29,203 bases of DNA from Methanothrix sp. (GTDB taxonomy: Archaea; Halobacteriota; Methanosarcinia; Methanotrichales; Methanotrichaceae), in assembly GCA_037128175.1 (NCBI GenBank), contig JBAXWY010000035.1, forward strand, positions 1 through 29,203, written 5' to 3'. Under the pieces are notes generated by a model. That model was given only the letters and a program-made list of their open reading frames with translations, was not told where the DNA came from and ran no database searches. The translations under genes and the position numbers were made by a program. Positions 1 to 8,273 of this stretch are shown here, piece after piece (the first letter of the stretch is position 1; each line of letters opens with the position of its first letter).

Positions 1-102
1 AATGATTATATATAAAACCTTATCCTTAGGTTTATATCAGCCCAGCTGTACTAGGACGCTCAAAAGTATATTAAAGCAAGCAGGCCTAATGGAGATTCAG
101 AG

Positions 103-318
103 ATGACAAAATATACCATTATCATTGAATCAGGTGAAGAGAATTACTCCGCATACTGCCCGGATCTGCCTGGCGTGGTCGCTGCGGGCGAAACCGAGGA
201 GGAAGTTCTTCTGTTGATGAAAGAGGCTATAGTGTTTCATATGGAGGGACTTATGGAAGATAACATTCCCATCCCGAAGCCGACCGTCATCGCAAGAAGC
301 ATAGAAGTTGCCGTGTGA
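103..318 (+). CDS. hicB: HicB-family antitoxin (short RNase H-like fold); no adjacent hicA seen
   Basis: 71 aa with the pattern Y-x-I-I-I-E...YSAYCPDLPGVVAAGETEEE...EAI-x-FH-x-EG...IP-x-P typical of HicB; GGAG RBS upstream. Confidence 0.85.
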   Translation: MTKYTIIIESGEENYSAYCPDLPGVVAAGETEEEVLLLMKEAIVFHMEGLMEDNIPIPKPTVIARSIEVAV

Positions 319-732
319 CTTACCCTTTCGGCCCCCTGGGCCAAAGCTTTGCCTTGGGGCGGCGGCACGCTGGAGGCAGTGCAAGGAAACACGGATTGCC
401 ACGAGCTGCAAGGCTCTTGCCTGAAAAAAGGGTGATCGAGCTGGAAGACATCAAGTCTCCCCCGTGAACATGGCCTCGGCATAATGGCGGCAAGGCGCGG
501 AATGTATACGACTTGATTTCGTTCCTGAATCGTGAGAATCTGTTACGATTTTGCGTGCATGGCTCCTTGCCAAGGCAAAAGAGCAGGAGGAAACCAATCC
601 TACATGATTAGATAAATACAACCAACCTTAAATTATCTTGGACTGTATTACTATTCTCGTTTTTTCCCACTATTCGAAGGATATATCTCCAAAGACCGTC
701 CCATTACAGACCGCTAGGGAGCTGACACATTC

Positions 733-894
733 ATGCAAGGTATCAAAGACAAATTTTCCCATCTGCCGGAAAATATCTCAGGATTGCGAGAGCTGGCCTA
801 CAACCTCTGCTGAAGCTGGCACCTCGAGGGCCGGGCGCTTTTCAAGCTCCGGAGTTGCCGGGGCTGGTATCTGAGCAACCACAACCCTGTAAAG
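733..894 (+). pseudogene. glgP: Interrupted N-terminal segment of alpha-glucan phosphorylase (in-frame TGA at 811-813)
   Basis: ATG 733 is in frame with 895. It reads MQGIKDKFSHLPENISGLRELAYNLC*SWHLEGRALFK...NHNPVKM, matching the conserved LP..L..LA.NLWWSW...LF...HNPV N-terminus. Confidence 0.8.
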
Positions 895-2922
895 ATGATC
901 AACCGCATGGATAGAGGTGCGCTGGATGCGGCAACATCCGACGTCCATTTCATGAGGCATTATGAATATGTGATGGCCCGCTTTGATAGCTACATGAATC
1001 CATCTAACGGCTGGTTTTGCACCCGTGTAGCTGATCCGGAAAGGTGCAAGATCGCCTACTTCTCGGCGGAGTACGGCCTGCACCATGCCCTGCCCTTTTA
1101 TGCGGGCGGTCTCGGCTTTTTGGCGGGAGACTTTCTCAAGGAGTGCAGCGACCTGGGTCTGCCTCTGGTGGCATTAGGATTCATGTACCCGCAAGGCTAC
1201 TTGCGTCAGATGATCTCGCCGGACGGCTGGCAGATGGGGGCCTGCGAGATGATGGACCGGGAGAATGCACCTATCAGGAAGATGGTGGATGCTAATGGAG
1301 ATCCCATCACCATCAAGGTGCCGGTCATGGACCCGTCTATTAATTTGGAGGTCTGGAAGGTCCAGGTGGGAAAGACCAGCCTTTATTTGATCGATACCTC
1401 CAGCGAGGCCAACGAGCCCGGGAATCGCGTCATATCCGACCGGCTTTATACCGGCGATCTGGAGCAGCGCCTGCGCCAGGAGATAGTCCTTGGCATTGGG
1501 GGCGTATGCATCTTGCGCCATCTGGGGGTGGACTATTCCGTTCTTCATTGCAACGAAGGCCATCCCGCTTTCGCCATCCTGGAGAGGATTCGGGAGAAGG
1601 TAGAGGGAGGCATGAGCTACAGGGAGGCCTTCGAGCAGGTCAAGAACACCACGGTTTTTACTACTCATACGCCGGTGCCCGCTGGCCATGATGTCTTTTC
1701 CTATCCGCTCATGGACAAGTACTTCGGCTCCTATCTGCCCACGCTGGATCTCTCCCGGGATGAGCTCTTTCGCCTGGGGACGAATCCGGCCAGGCCGGAG
1801 GGCTTTAACATGACTGCCTTTGCCCTGCGCAGCAGTGCTTACCGAAATGCAGTGAGCAAGAAGCACGGAGAGGTCAGCCGTGAGATGTGGCAGCCGCTTT
1901 GGCCAGAACTTGCCGTGGACAGGGTTCCCATTGAGCACATCACCAATGGGGTGCACGTGCCCTCCTGGATTGATCGGCGCCTGGGTGATGTGATATTCAA
2001 CCGCTACCTCGGACGAACATGGCTGGAGGAGCACGATCAACCTGCTATCTGGCAGCTGATTGACGAGATACCGGACAGCGTTCTCTGGGAGCATCATCGT
2101 TTCATGAAAGAGATGGCAATTGCCAAGATAAGAGAACGGGCCCGCAACAAGTGGCACAAATCCGGTTCGGACTCCAATAATGTCATGGCCTCCGGGGTGC
2201 TGCTCGATCCTGCAGCCCTCACTTTAGGCTTTGCCAGGCGCTTTGCCTCCTACAAACGGCCCACGCTCCTCTTGCATGATATTGCCCGTCTGACAAAGAT
2301 CGTGAGTGATACCGAAAGGCCGGTGCAGATCATCTTTGCCGGCAAAGCTCACCAGGACGACCAGCAGAGCAAGCAGCTCTTGCAGCAGGTCTTCAATGTC
2401 GCCAAGGACCAGGCATTTGGAGGGCGCATCGCCTTTGTGGAGGACTACGATGAGCTCCTGGCGCAGTATCTGGTGCATGGCGTTGATGTCTGGGTGAACA
2501 ATCCCCTGCCGCCCATGGAGGCGAGCGGAACGAGCGGCATGAAGGCGACGCTAAACGGCGTTCCGCAGCTTTCCGTCCTGGATGGCTGGTGGATTGAAGG
2601 CTACAACGGCTTGAACGGCTGGGCAATTGAGGGCGCGAGAGAAGGGCCGGACAGGGACGCGCATGATGCTGCTGCCATCTACGATCTGCTGGAGAAGGAT
2701 ATTGTGCCGCTATTCTACGATGTGGACGAGGATGGTGTCTCGCACGGCTGGGCGGCAGTCATGAAGGAGGCCATCAAGATGACCGGGCCGCTCTTCTCCG
2801 CTCGAAGAATGGCCAAGGAGTACACGGAGAGGTTCTATCGTAAAGCCCTGAACGAAGCCATGAAGACGGATCGCAGTGGGGAAAGAGGGAGCCGCAAAGG
2901 GGATATGTTCGGCGGGATCTAA
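895..2922 (+). CDS. glgP: Alpha-glucan (glycogen/maltodextrin) phosphorylase, GT35; main body, original start probably 733
   Basis: Motifs AYFSAEYG, YAGGLG, HCNEGHPAF, FTTHTPVPAGHD, ITNGVH, FARRFASYKR, and the PLP-lysine motif EASGTSGMKA. Confidence 0.93.
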   Translation: MINRMDRGALDAATSDVHFMRHYEYVMARFDSYMNPSNGWFCTRVADPERCKIAYFSAEYGLHHALPFYAGGLGFLAGDFLKECSDLGLPLVALGFMYPQGYLRQMISPDGWQMGACEMMDRENAPIRKMVDANGDPITIKVPVMDPSINLEVWKVQVGKTSLYLIDTSSEANEPGNRVISDRLYTGDLEQRLRQEIVLGIGGVCILRHLGVDYSVLHCNEGHPAFAILERIREKVEGGMSYREAFEQVKNTTVFTTHTPVPAGHDVFSYPLMDKYFGSYLPTLDLSRDELFRLGTNPARPEGFNMTAFALRSSAYRNAVSKKHGEVSREMWQPLWPELAVDRVPIEHITNGVHVPSWIDRRLGDVIFNRYLGRTWLEEHDQPAIWQLIDEIPDSVLWEHHRFMKEMAIAKIRERARNKWHKSGSDSNNVMASGVLLDPAALTLGFARRFASYKRPTLLLHDIARLTKIVSDTERPVQIIFAGKAHQDDQQSKQLLQQVFNVAKDQAFGGRIAFVEDYDELLAQYLVHGVDVWVNNPLPPMEASGTSGMKATLNGVPQLSVLDGWWIEGYNGLNGWAIEGAREGPDRDAHDAAAIYDLLEKDIVPLFYDVDEDGVSHGWAAVMKEAIKMTGPLFSARRMAKEYTERFYRKALNEAMKTDRSGERGSRKGDMFGGI

Positions 2923-3001
2923 ACAAATCATCTCCAAGGCACTCCTTTGCGAAGGGTTTATCTACCTTCATGCCAACCCGGTGGTTTCAAAGGTCATCAC
3001 C

Positions 3002-4072
3002 ATGATTTCTAAAGAGGATATTCAGGAGATTTTGAAGGGATACGATAAGAACGACCTAACCATTGCCACCATCTGCTCACACAGCAGCCTGCAAATTTTC
3101 CATGGTGCGCGCCTGGAGGGCTTCAAAACCATTGGAATTTGCATCGGTCAGCCGCCTCGGTTCTACGACGCCTTTCCCTTAGCCAAGCCGGATAAGTTCT
3201 TCTCCGTAGAGAGCTATAAGGCACTCTTGGATTATGCCGATGATCTCGTAGCCGAGAACGTGATCATAATTCCGCACGGCTCTTTGGTTGAGTATTTGGG
3301 AATCGAGAGGTTTGAGTCGCTGGCTGTTCCCACTTTTGGAAACAGGCGCGTTTTAGCCTGGGAGAGCGACCGGGAGATGGAGCGAGAATGGCTTCTCAAG
3401 GCCGGGGTAAACGTTCCCATGCGATTTGAAAAGGCGGAAGACATCGACCGGCCGGTCATTATAAAATATCACGGCGCTAAAGGCGGTCGGGGTTTTTTCA
3501 TTGCCAAGACCAAAGAAGAGCTGCAATCAAAGATGAACTCGGAGGAGAAGTACACCATCCAGGAGTTCATCTTAGGCACCAGGTATTACATTCATTTCTT
3601 CTATTCGCCCATAAAACAGGAAGGGTATCTTCTGCGCAAGGGCTCTTTGCAGATGCTGGGCATCGATCGGCGCGTGGAGTCCAATGCCGACGAGATCTTT
3701 CGCATCGGCAGCATGAAAGAGCTGGCCGAGGCTGGCATCTATCCCAGCTTTGTGGTCACGGGCAACCTGCCGCTGGTGCTACGCGAGTCTCTCTTGCCCC
3801 GCGCCTTTGAGCTGGGAGAAAGGGTCGTGGAAACCAGCCTGGAACTCTTCGGCGGGATGATCGGCGCCTTCAGCCTGGAAACGATAGTCACCGACGAGCT
3901 GGAGTTCAAGGTCTTCGAGATCTCGGCCAGAATCGTCGCGGGCACCAATCTCTATGCAAGCGGATCGCCCTACTCGGATCTTATTGAACCGGGCCTCTCC
4001 AACGGCCGGCGTATCGCCCAAGAGATCAAGTCGGCCAATGAGCGGAACCTGCTGCATGAGATTATATCTTAA
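3002..4072 (+). CDS. purP: FAICAR synthetase (formate-dependent AICAR formyltransferase), ATP-grasp PurP
   Basis: IATICSHSSLQIFHGA..EGF.T, IPHGS, GAKGGRGFF, ID.R.ESN.D, VV.GN.P.VLRESLL, FEISARIVAGTN. ATG 3002 (MISKEDI) fits the family better than the 2876 start, which overlaps glgP. Confidence 0.93.
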   Translation: MISKEDIQEILKGYDKNDLTIATICSHSSLQIFHGARLEGFKTIGICIGQPPRFYDAFPLAKPDKFFSVESYKALLDYADDLVAENVIIIPHGSLVEYLGIERFESLAVPTFGNRRVLAWESDREMEREWLLKAGVNVPMRFEKAEDIDRPVIIKYHGAKGGRGFFIAKTKEELQSKMNSEEKYTIQEFILGTRYYIHFFYSPIKQEGYLLRKGSLQMLGIDRRVESNADEIFRIGSMKELAEAGIYPSFVVTGNLPLVLRESLLPRAFELGERVVETSLELFGGMIGAFSLETIVTDELEFKVFEISARIVAGTNLYASGSPYSDLIEPGLSNGRRIAQEIKSANERNLLHEIIS

Positions 4073-4098
4073 ACCTGAAAAGAAAGGCTTATCTTGGA

Positions 4099-5310
4099 AT
4101 GGTCTCTATTGGTGCCAATATGTCAGGCCTTATTAAGACATTCCAGGAGGCCACGCTGCTCCAGTGCGGCTTTTTAGAGAAGCTGCTCGATCTGGACATG
4201 GCAAGCGTTGCTGCCTTTTCCGATTCCATGGTGGAGTTTTTGAGACCGTCGCCGGACAACAAGTTCGTTTATGGCCTGGCGGCGGGCCGGTCCGCTCTCG
4301 CTCTTTACAGCTTCTTGCAGCTTATCCAAAACCACTTCGATAACGTATTTCCGTTCACCCTGGAAGATCCCGTGCAAAGGCACTACCGCAAGGGCAAGAA
4401 TCTGGGGATAGCCATATCCGGCTCCGGAGAAACACAGGCCGTAAATAAATACATAGGTGATATCATCACTCTGGGGGGAGATATCAAGCTGATAACTGCC
4501 AATGAGAATGGAACCGCCTATAAAATGGTGAGCGAGTACGAGCGAGGATCGGTTCTGGTGTTCACGGCCCGGACAAAACAATCCACGGATAAAGATACGA
4601 GGTCGCGGCTCTCTCCCATGGGCACGGAGTTTGAGTTGCAGGTACTGGCCTTTTTAAATGCACTTTTCAGAGATATCCAGTCCCGGCTGAAAGATGTTTG
4701 TGATCCTACCTGTCCGGAATACCGCACCACAATAAAGGACTTTGAAGAAAACGCTCGCCTTATCTCCCAAATGGATCCCGAGCATTTGGAGTACTGGTTT
4801 GGCAGGCTGCTGCCTCGCAGTGGAAGATACATTATCGGAGGCGTGGGAAGATCCGGCCTGGTGGCCCGCGCTTTTGAGATGAGGTTCACCCATTTAAACA
4901 AGATCAGCTACTGGGAGAGAGATTTCAATACGCCCAGCTTTCAGATAGGAGACGTTTACATTCCCATAACCGGAATTGGCAACACCTATGAGGCCTTGGA
5001 GGGAACGGTCACGGCTCTGAAAATGGGCGCTGATGTGATGCCAATTACCGCCAATCCCTCATCGCGACAGGTACTGATTCTTAAAATGCATGGCAAGGAG
5101 AAGGACATTGCCGTGATACCTGTAAAGCCGGAATACAGAGATCTCTTCAGCGGAGACACCAGCTCCACCACCTGGCTGATGTCCGAATATACTAAATTCA
5201 GAAATCCTATCTTTGAGATCAATGCATCCGTGTTCACCAACAGCGTGGTGGCTGTGGGCGCGGAGTTTTTGGGCATCTTGGAAACGGGCATGAGAAGGAT
5301 GCACGTGTAA
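4099..5310 (+). CDS. Tandem SIS-domain protein, two divergent 6-phospho-3-hexuloisomerase (Phi/HxlB)-like domains
   Basis: Domain 1: AGRSAL, ISGSGET, ITAN, SPMGTEFE. Domain 2: GVGRSGLVARAFEMRFTHL, ITGIGNT, ITANP.S, FE, MRRMH. Start may be ATG 4120. Confidence 0.75.
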   Translation: MVSIGANMSGLIKTFQEATLLQCGFLEKLLDLDMASVAAFSDSMVEFLRPSPDNKFVYGLAAGRSALALYSFLQLIQNHFDNVFPFTLEDPVQRHYRKGKNLGIAISGSGETQAVNKYIGDIITLGGDIKLITANENGTAYKMVSEYERGSVLVFTARTKQSTDKDTRSRLSPMGTEFELQVLAFLNALFRDIQSRLKDVCDPTCPEYRTTIKDFEENARLISQMDPEHLEYWFGRLLPRSGRYIIGGVGRSGLVARAFEMRFTHLNKISYWERDFNTPSFQIGDVYIPITGIGNTYEALEGTVTALKMGADVMPITANPSSRQVLILKMHGKEKDIAVIPVKPEYRDLFSGDTSSTTWLMSEYTKFRNPIFEINASVFTNSVVAVGAEFLGILETGMRRMHV

Positions 5311-5418
5311 ACTTCGCCTTTTGGGGATTGGAAATGGCATGATTCCGGGCTCAAATAGGCGGAGAAGCCCGGTTCATGTTCATCCCTTTGCAAAGAACAC
5401 ACACTGCCGGCAAAAACG

Positions 5419-5570
5419 TCAACCATGTCGTTTTCCCGTCAAGAGACAATCTCCCCAGTAGAAGACCCATACATCGCAGGATGAACCACCTGGAAAGGTG
5501 CATTTGCCATCTTCATATATATTTCCAAGTATATATTTCCAAGGCTAATGCATTTAGCGATAGCAGGGCC
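5419..5570 (-). pseudogene. Remnant of a DUF333 (putative hemolysin-like, 4-Cys) domain, frameshifted by a 14-bp tandem duplication
   Basis: Removing one copy of TATATATTTCCAAG (5516-5529/5530-5543) gives minus-strand GPAIAKCISLGNIYEDGKCTFPGGSSCDVWVFYWGDC, matching the NPA..C...G....G.C.FPDG..C..W.F.RG.C pattern. No start codon found. Confidence 0.6.
5516..5543. repeat. Exact 14-bp tandem duplication TATATATTTCCAAG x2
   Basis: Read directly from the sequence. Confidence 0.95.
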
Positions 5571-5616
5571 AATAGACTGGTATGTTAACAAAAACTGATA
5601 ACTACTTATAGTCAGA

Positions 5617-6045
5617 TTGCTACATATCTTTAGAGGTTATTTAGGAGGGATCATAATCCGAAACGCTTTGTTAATATTGGTTTTGGTTTCCTTTGTAGCA
5701 GTCATATCTACATCGCAAGGGCAAGCTTGGGGTCTTAGTCCCGATGCAGGAGAAGCTTCCTCTGGTGGGTATGGCGAGACGTCGATCACCTACTCATCAT
5801 CCGGTTACTCCAGTGATCAAGGACCAGGATACTCATTTAATACCGTACCACGCGAAACCAAAACAATAGTCGCTCCGCCTCAGACGATTCAACCAGGCAC
5901 TACCAGTCCGGCTGCTCAGACCTTCCAGGCGCCAGAGGACACTGGACAGCAAGCAGCACTTACATACAACATTTTAGCCAACCAACCAGTTGCAGTCTTC
6001 TATGCTCAGGCCATACAGCCCTGGCAGACCTTCGTCTCTATATAA
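5617..6045 (+). CDS. Putative secreted Ser/Thr/Pro/Gln-rich protein, possibly a truncated pseudogene
   Basis: Signal-peptide-like RNALLILVLVSFVAVISTSQG. The RBS AGGAGG (5643-5648) is followed by ATA (5653) rather than ATG. The ORF ends abruptly. Confidence 0.5.
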   Translation: MLHIFRGYLGGIIIRNALLILVLVSFVAVISTSQGQAWGLSPDAGEASSGGYGETSITYSSSGYSSDQGPGYSFNTVPRETKTIVAPPQTIQPGTTSPAAQTFQAPEDTGQQAALTYNILANQPVAVFYAQAIQPWQTFVSI

Positions 6046-6082
6046 ATTATCATTGTCTGCAATCTAAGCAAAGGTGAAAGAA

Positions 6083-6793
6083 ATGAATGCTAAGTTGGTG
6101 ATGACATCGGTGGTGTTTGCCGTCTTTATTTTTTTGTCGGCAACCGCCTTAGCTCAGCCTGACCCGTACGATCAATATCCTTCCGGGCCTGATTATCCTG
6201 GACCGGATTATCCATCTGATCCAAATTATCCTGGATCGGATTATCCAAACTACCCCACAGACCCCTACAATCCCGGACCTCAACAGGGTCCTGTGACCGT
6301 TCCTGGATCGAGTGGCGGCGATGGAGGACACCCGTCTGACGGACCAAGCAGCTCACAGCCTCTTTCTACACCATCAGGTTCCAATACCGAGGCCCTGAGC
6401 TATTCTGAAGGGCAAGCTCTTAGCCAGCAAGAGGTGGCAAGCAGCGGAATGATGGCCTCAGGAAGTGGAATGGCCTCTGCCGACAGATCGATGGCTTTTA
6501 TGATGGTAACCGGGCTGCAGATCTGGACCCGATACAATGGAATGTGGACAACAGATCCCGCGTCGGTCTTCTTCTGGAGAAGCACCAGCATTCTGTCTAA
6601 CAACGATCAGGCTCAAACCGTGTGGTCCTGGGAGCGATATCCCAATGGGCAGCAGATCTGGCGCAACCTGGGTTACAGAATGCCCGGATACTTCCATGGT
6701 CGATTCATTGGTGATGCCCGAGGCTGGCACCAGCTGGCCATGTGGAGCAGCAGATCCGGCTGGAGCAATGTGGTCTGGATCTACGTAAGGTGA
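6083..6793 (+). CDS. Secreted/surface protein with P-D/N-Y-P repeats, Ser/Gly linker and Trp-rich C-terminal domain
   Basis: Signal peptide KLVMTSVVFAVFIFLSATALA; repeats PDYP/PNYP; C-terminus WHQLAMWSSRSGWSNVVWIYVR. AAGGTGA RBS before ATG 6083 (alternative start GTG 6074). Confidence 0.75.
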   Translation: MNAKLVMTSVVFAVFIFLSATALAQPDPYDQYPSGPDYPGPDYPSDPNYPGSDYPNYPTDPYNPGPQQGPVTVPGSSGGDGGHPSDGPSSSQPLSTPSGSNTEALSYSEGQALSQQEVASSGMMASGSGMASADRSMAFMMVTGLQIWTRYNGMWTTDPASVFFWRSTSILSNNDQAQTVWSWERYPNGQQIWRNLGYRMPGYFHGRFIGDARGWHQLAMWSSRSGWSNVVWIYVR

Positions 6794-6805
6794 AATAAGA
6801 ATCGC

Positions 6806-6847
6806 GGAGGAGATTTAGGAGTTTCAACTCTCTGGGCTCCTCCTTTA
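6806..6847. terminator. Stem-loop between convergent genes (possible terminator)
   Basis: GGAGGAG (6806-6812) pairs with CTCCTCC (6837-6843), with an inner GAGTT/AACTC pair and a following T run. Confidence 0.5.
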
Positions 6848-6874
6848 TTCATTTAGATATAAACGATTTTAATC

Positions 6875-7678
6875 TCAAAGCCCCCCAAACCTCTGCACAT
6901 GCTCCCAGGCTTTGTGCTCCTGCGGGAATTGATCCTTTCGAGAATAGATGGAAGCATCCATCCGCCCAAAGAGCTTTCTGTCCACTCCCACCGGGCAGAC
7001 TTTGATGCATATCCCGCAGGGCGATATTCCCCGCTGGTTCAGCTCGGCGCTGTGGGCGGTGCAGCTTTTCTTGTCCGTGAGCCCTTGCGGATAGTCCTTT
7101 TCATCCAATGCATTCGCCGGGCACATCTTGACGCAGCGCATGCAGCGGGTGCACAGTCTTTCATCGAGGAGCGGATCGGCTGGAAGCTTTGCTGCTGTGA
7201 AAACTGAGCCGAAGCGCACGCGTGGGCCAAACTCTCGCGTGAGCAACATATTGTTTGTCCCGAAATTGCCCAGACCCGCCAGGAGGGCTGCGTGCCGGTG
7301 GGAGAAGAAAGCCATTGGATTTTTCAGCAGGGCCTTGATGCCGAAGTAGCCGTCCCGAGGAACGAAGACGGACGGGTGGCCCATATCGCTCAGATAATTG
7401 GCCAGGCGGTAAGTGTACTGGTCCAGCAGGCTGTTTACGGTGTTGTACAGCTCCCGGTAATAAATGGAGGGTGACGTCTCCAGCACGGGCAGACTGACGG
7501 GAAGGCCAATGACTATTACCGATTTCGCCTGGGGAAATATGGACTCTGGATAAAACTCCTCCGGCATCCAGGGCACAAAGGGTGGATCCTTCCAGCGCTC
7601 TACGCTCGCCACACCCATCAAAGGTATCTCCATCTTCTTGCATCTTTTCCGGACAACTCTCAATAGATCTTCGCTCAT
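6875..7678 (-). CDS. Epoxyqueuosine reductase (QueG)/reductive-dehalogenase-like 2x[4Fe-4S] protein
   Basis: P.AKSVIVIG, FSHRHAALLAGLGNFG.N.ML...FGPRVRF.SVFT, CTRCMRCVKMCPA, CGICIKVCP. Start probably ATG 7678 (MSEDLL). Confidence 0.82.
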   Translation of the reverse strand: MSEDLLRVVRKRCKKMEIPLMGVASVERWKDPPFVPWMPEEFYPESIFPQAKSVIVIGLPVSLPVLETSPSIYYRELYNTVNSLLDQYTYRLANYLSDMGHPSVFVPRDGYFGIKALLKNPMAFFSHRHAALLAGLGNFGTNNMLLTREFGPRVRFGSVFTAAKLPADPLLDERLCTRCMRCVKMCPANALDEKDYPQGLTDKKSCTAHSAELNQRGISPCGICIKVCPVGVDRKLFGRMDASIYSRKDQFPQEHKAWEHVQRFGGL

Positions 7679-7781
7679 TGTAGTGACTTTATTCTTATCA
7701 TTATTATATGTTATCGAAGGCAAATGTTATATAGTTTTTCACGCTTAATGCTGATATAAATGCGAATAACGTGAGGCGAAT

Positions 7782-8258
7782 ATGATCGATGCCGACAAGG
7801 AGAAGCTGGAAAATATAATAAAAAAATATGATGGAAAGGAAGGTTTCTTGATCCAGTTGCTCTTAGATTTGCAAAGCGAGCTGCATTGGATCTCCAAAGA
7901 AACCATAAGGGAGCTTTCCTTGAGGCTTAAGATTCCAGCAAGCCAGATATTCAGGGTGGCGAGCTTCTACAAAGCGATGAATCTCTCGCCAGTAGGCCGG
8001 CATAAAGTATGCGTTTGCATGGGAACCGCCTGCCAGGTGCGAGGCGCTCAGAGATTGCTGGATACAACCGAGTCAAAATTGGGCATAAAATCAGGGCAGA
8101 CTACGCCGGACAATAGCTTCACGTTAAATCGGGTCAACTGCCTGGGATGCTGCGCCATCGGCCCGGTAATAGTAGTAGATGACGATTATCACGGCCGGGT
8201 GGACTCCAAGAAGGTAGAGAAAATATTGGGGCAGCTTTTGATAGTTAGTACTAGATAA
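7782..8258 (+). CDS. NuoE/HydC-like [2Fe-2S] subunit
   Basis: VASFY, VCMGTACQVRGA, VNCLGCCAIGPV. Confidence 0.92.
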   Translation: MIDADKEKLENIIKKYDGKEGFLIQLLLDLQSELHWISKETIRELSLRLKIPASQIFRVASFYKAMNLSPVGRHKVCVCMGTACQVRGAQRLLDTTESKLGIKSGQTTPDNSFTLNRVNCLGCCAIGPVIVVDDDYHGRVDSKKVEKILGQLLIVSTR

Positions 8259-8273
8259 GAAAATGGGGAATAG

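Noticed and set aside
811-813. Selenocysteine or genome-wide UGA recoding
   Set aside because: The position is a conserved Trp, not a catalytic Cys, and many genes in the window end normally at TGA.
2876-3001. N-terminal extension of PurP in the ORF track
   Set aside because: Overlaps the glgP end and a TATA-like element; family similarity starts at ATG 3002.
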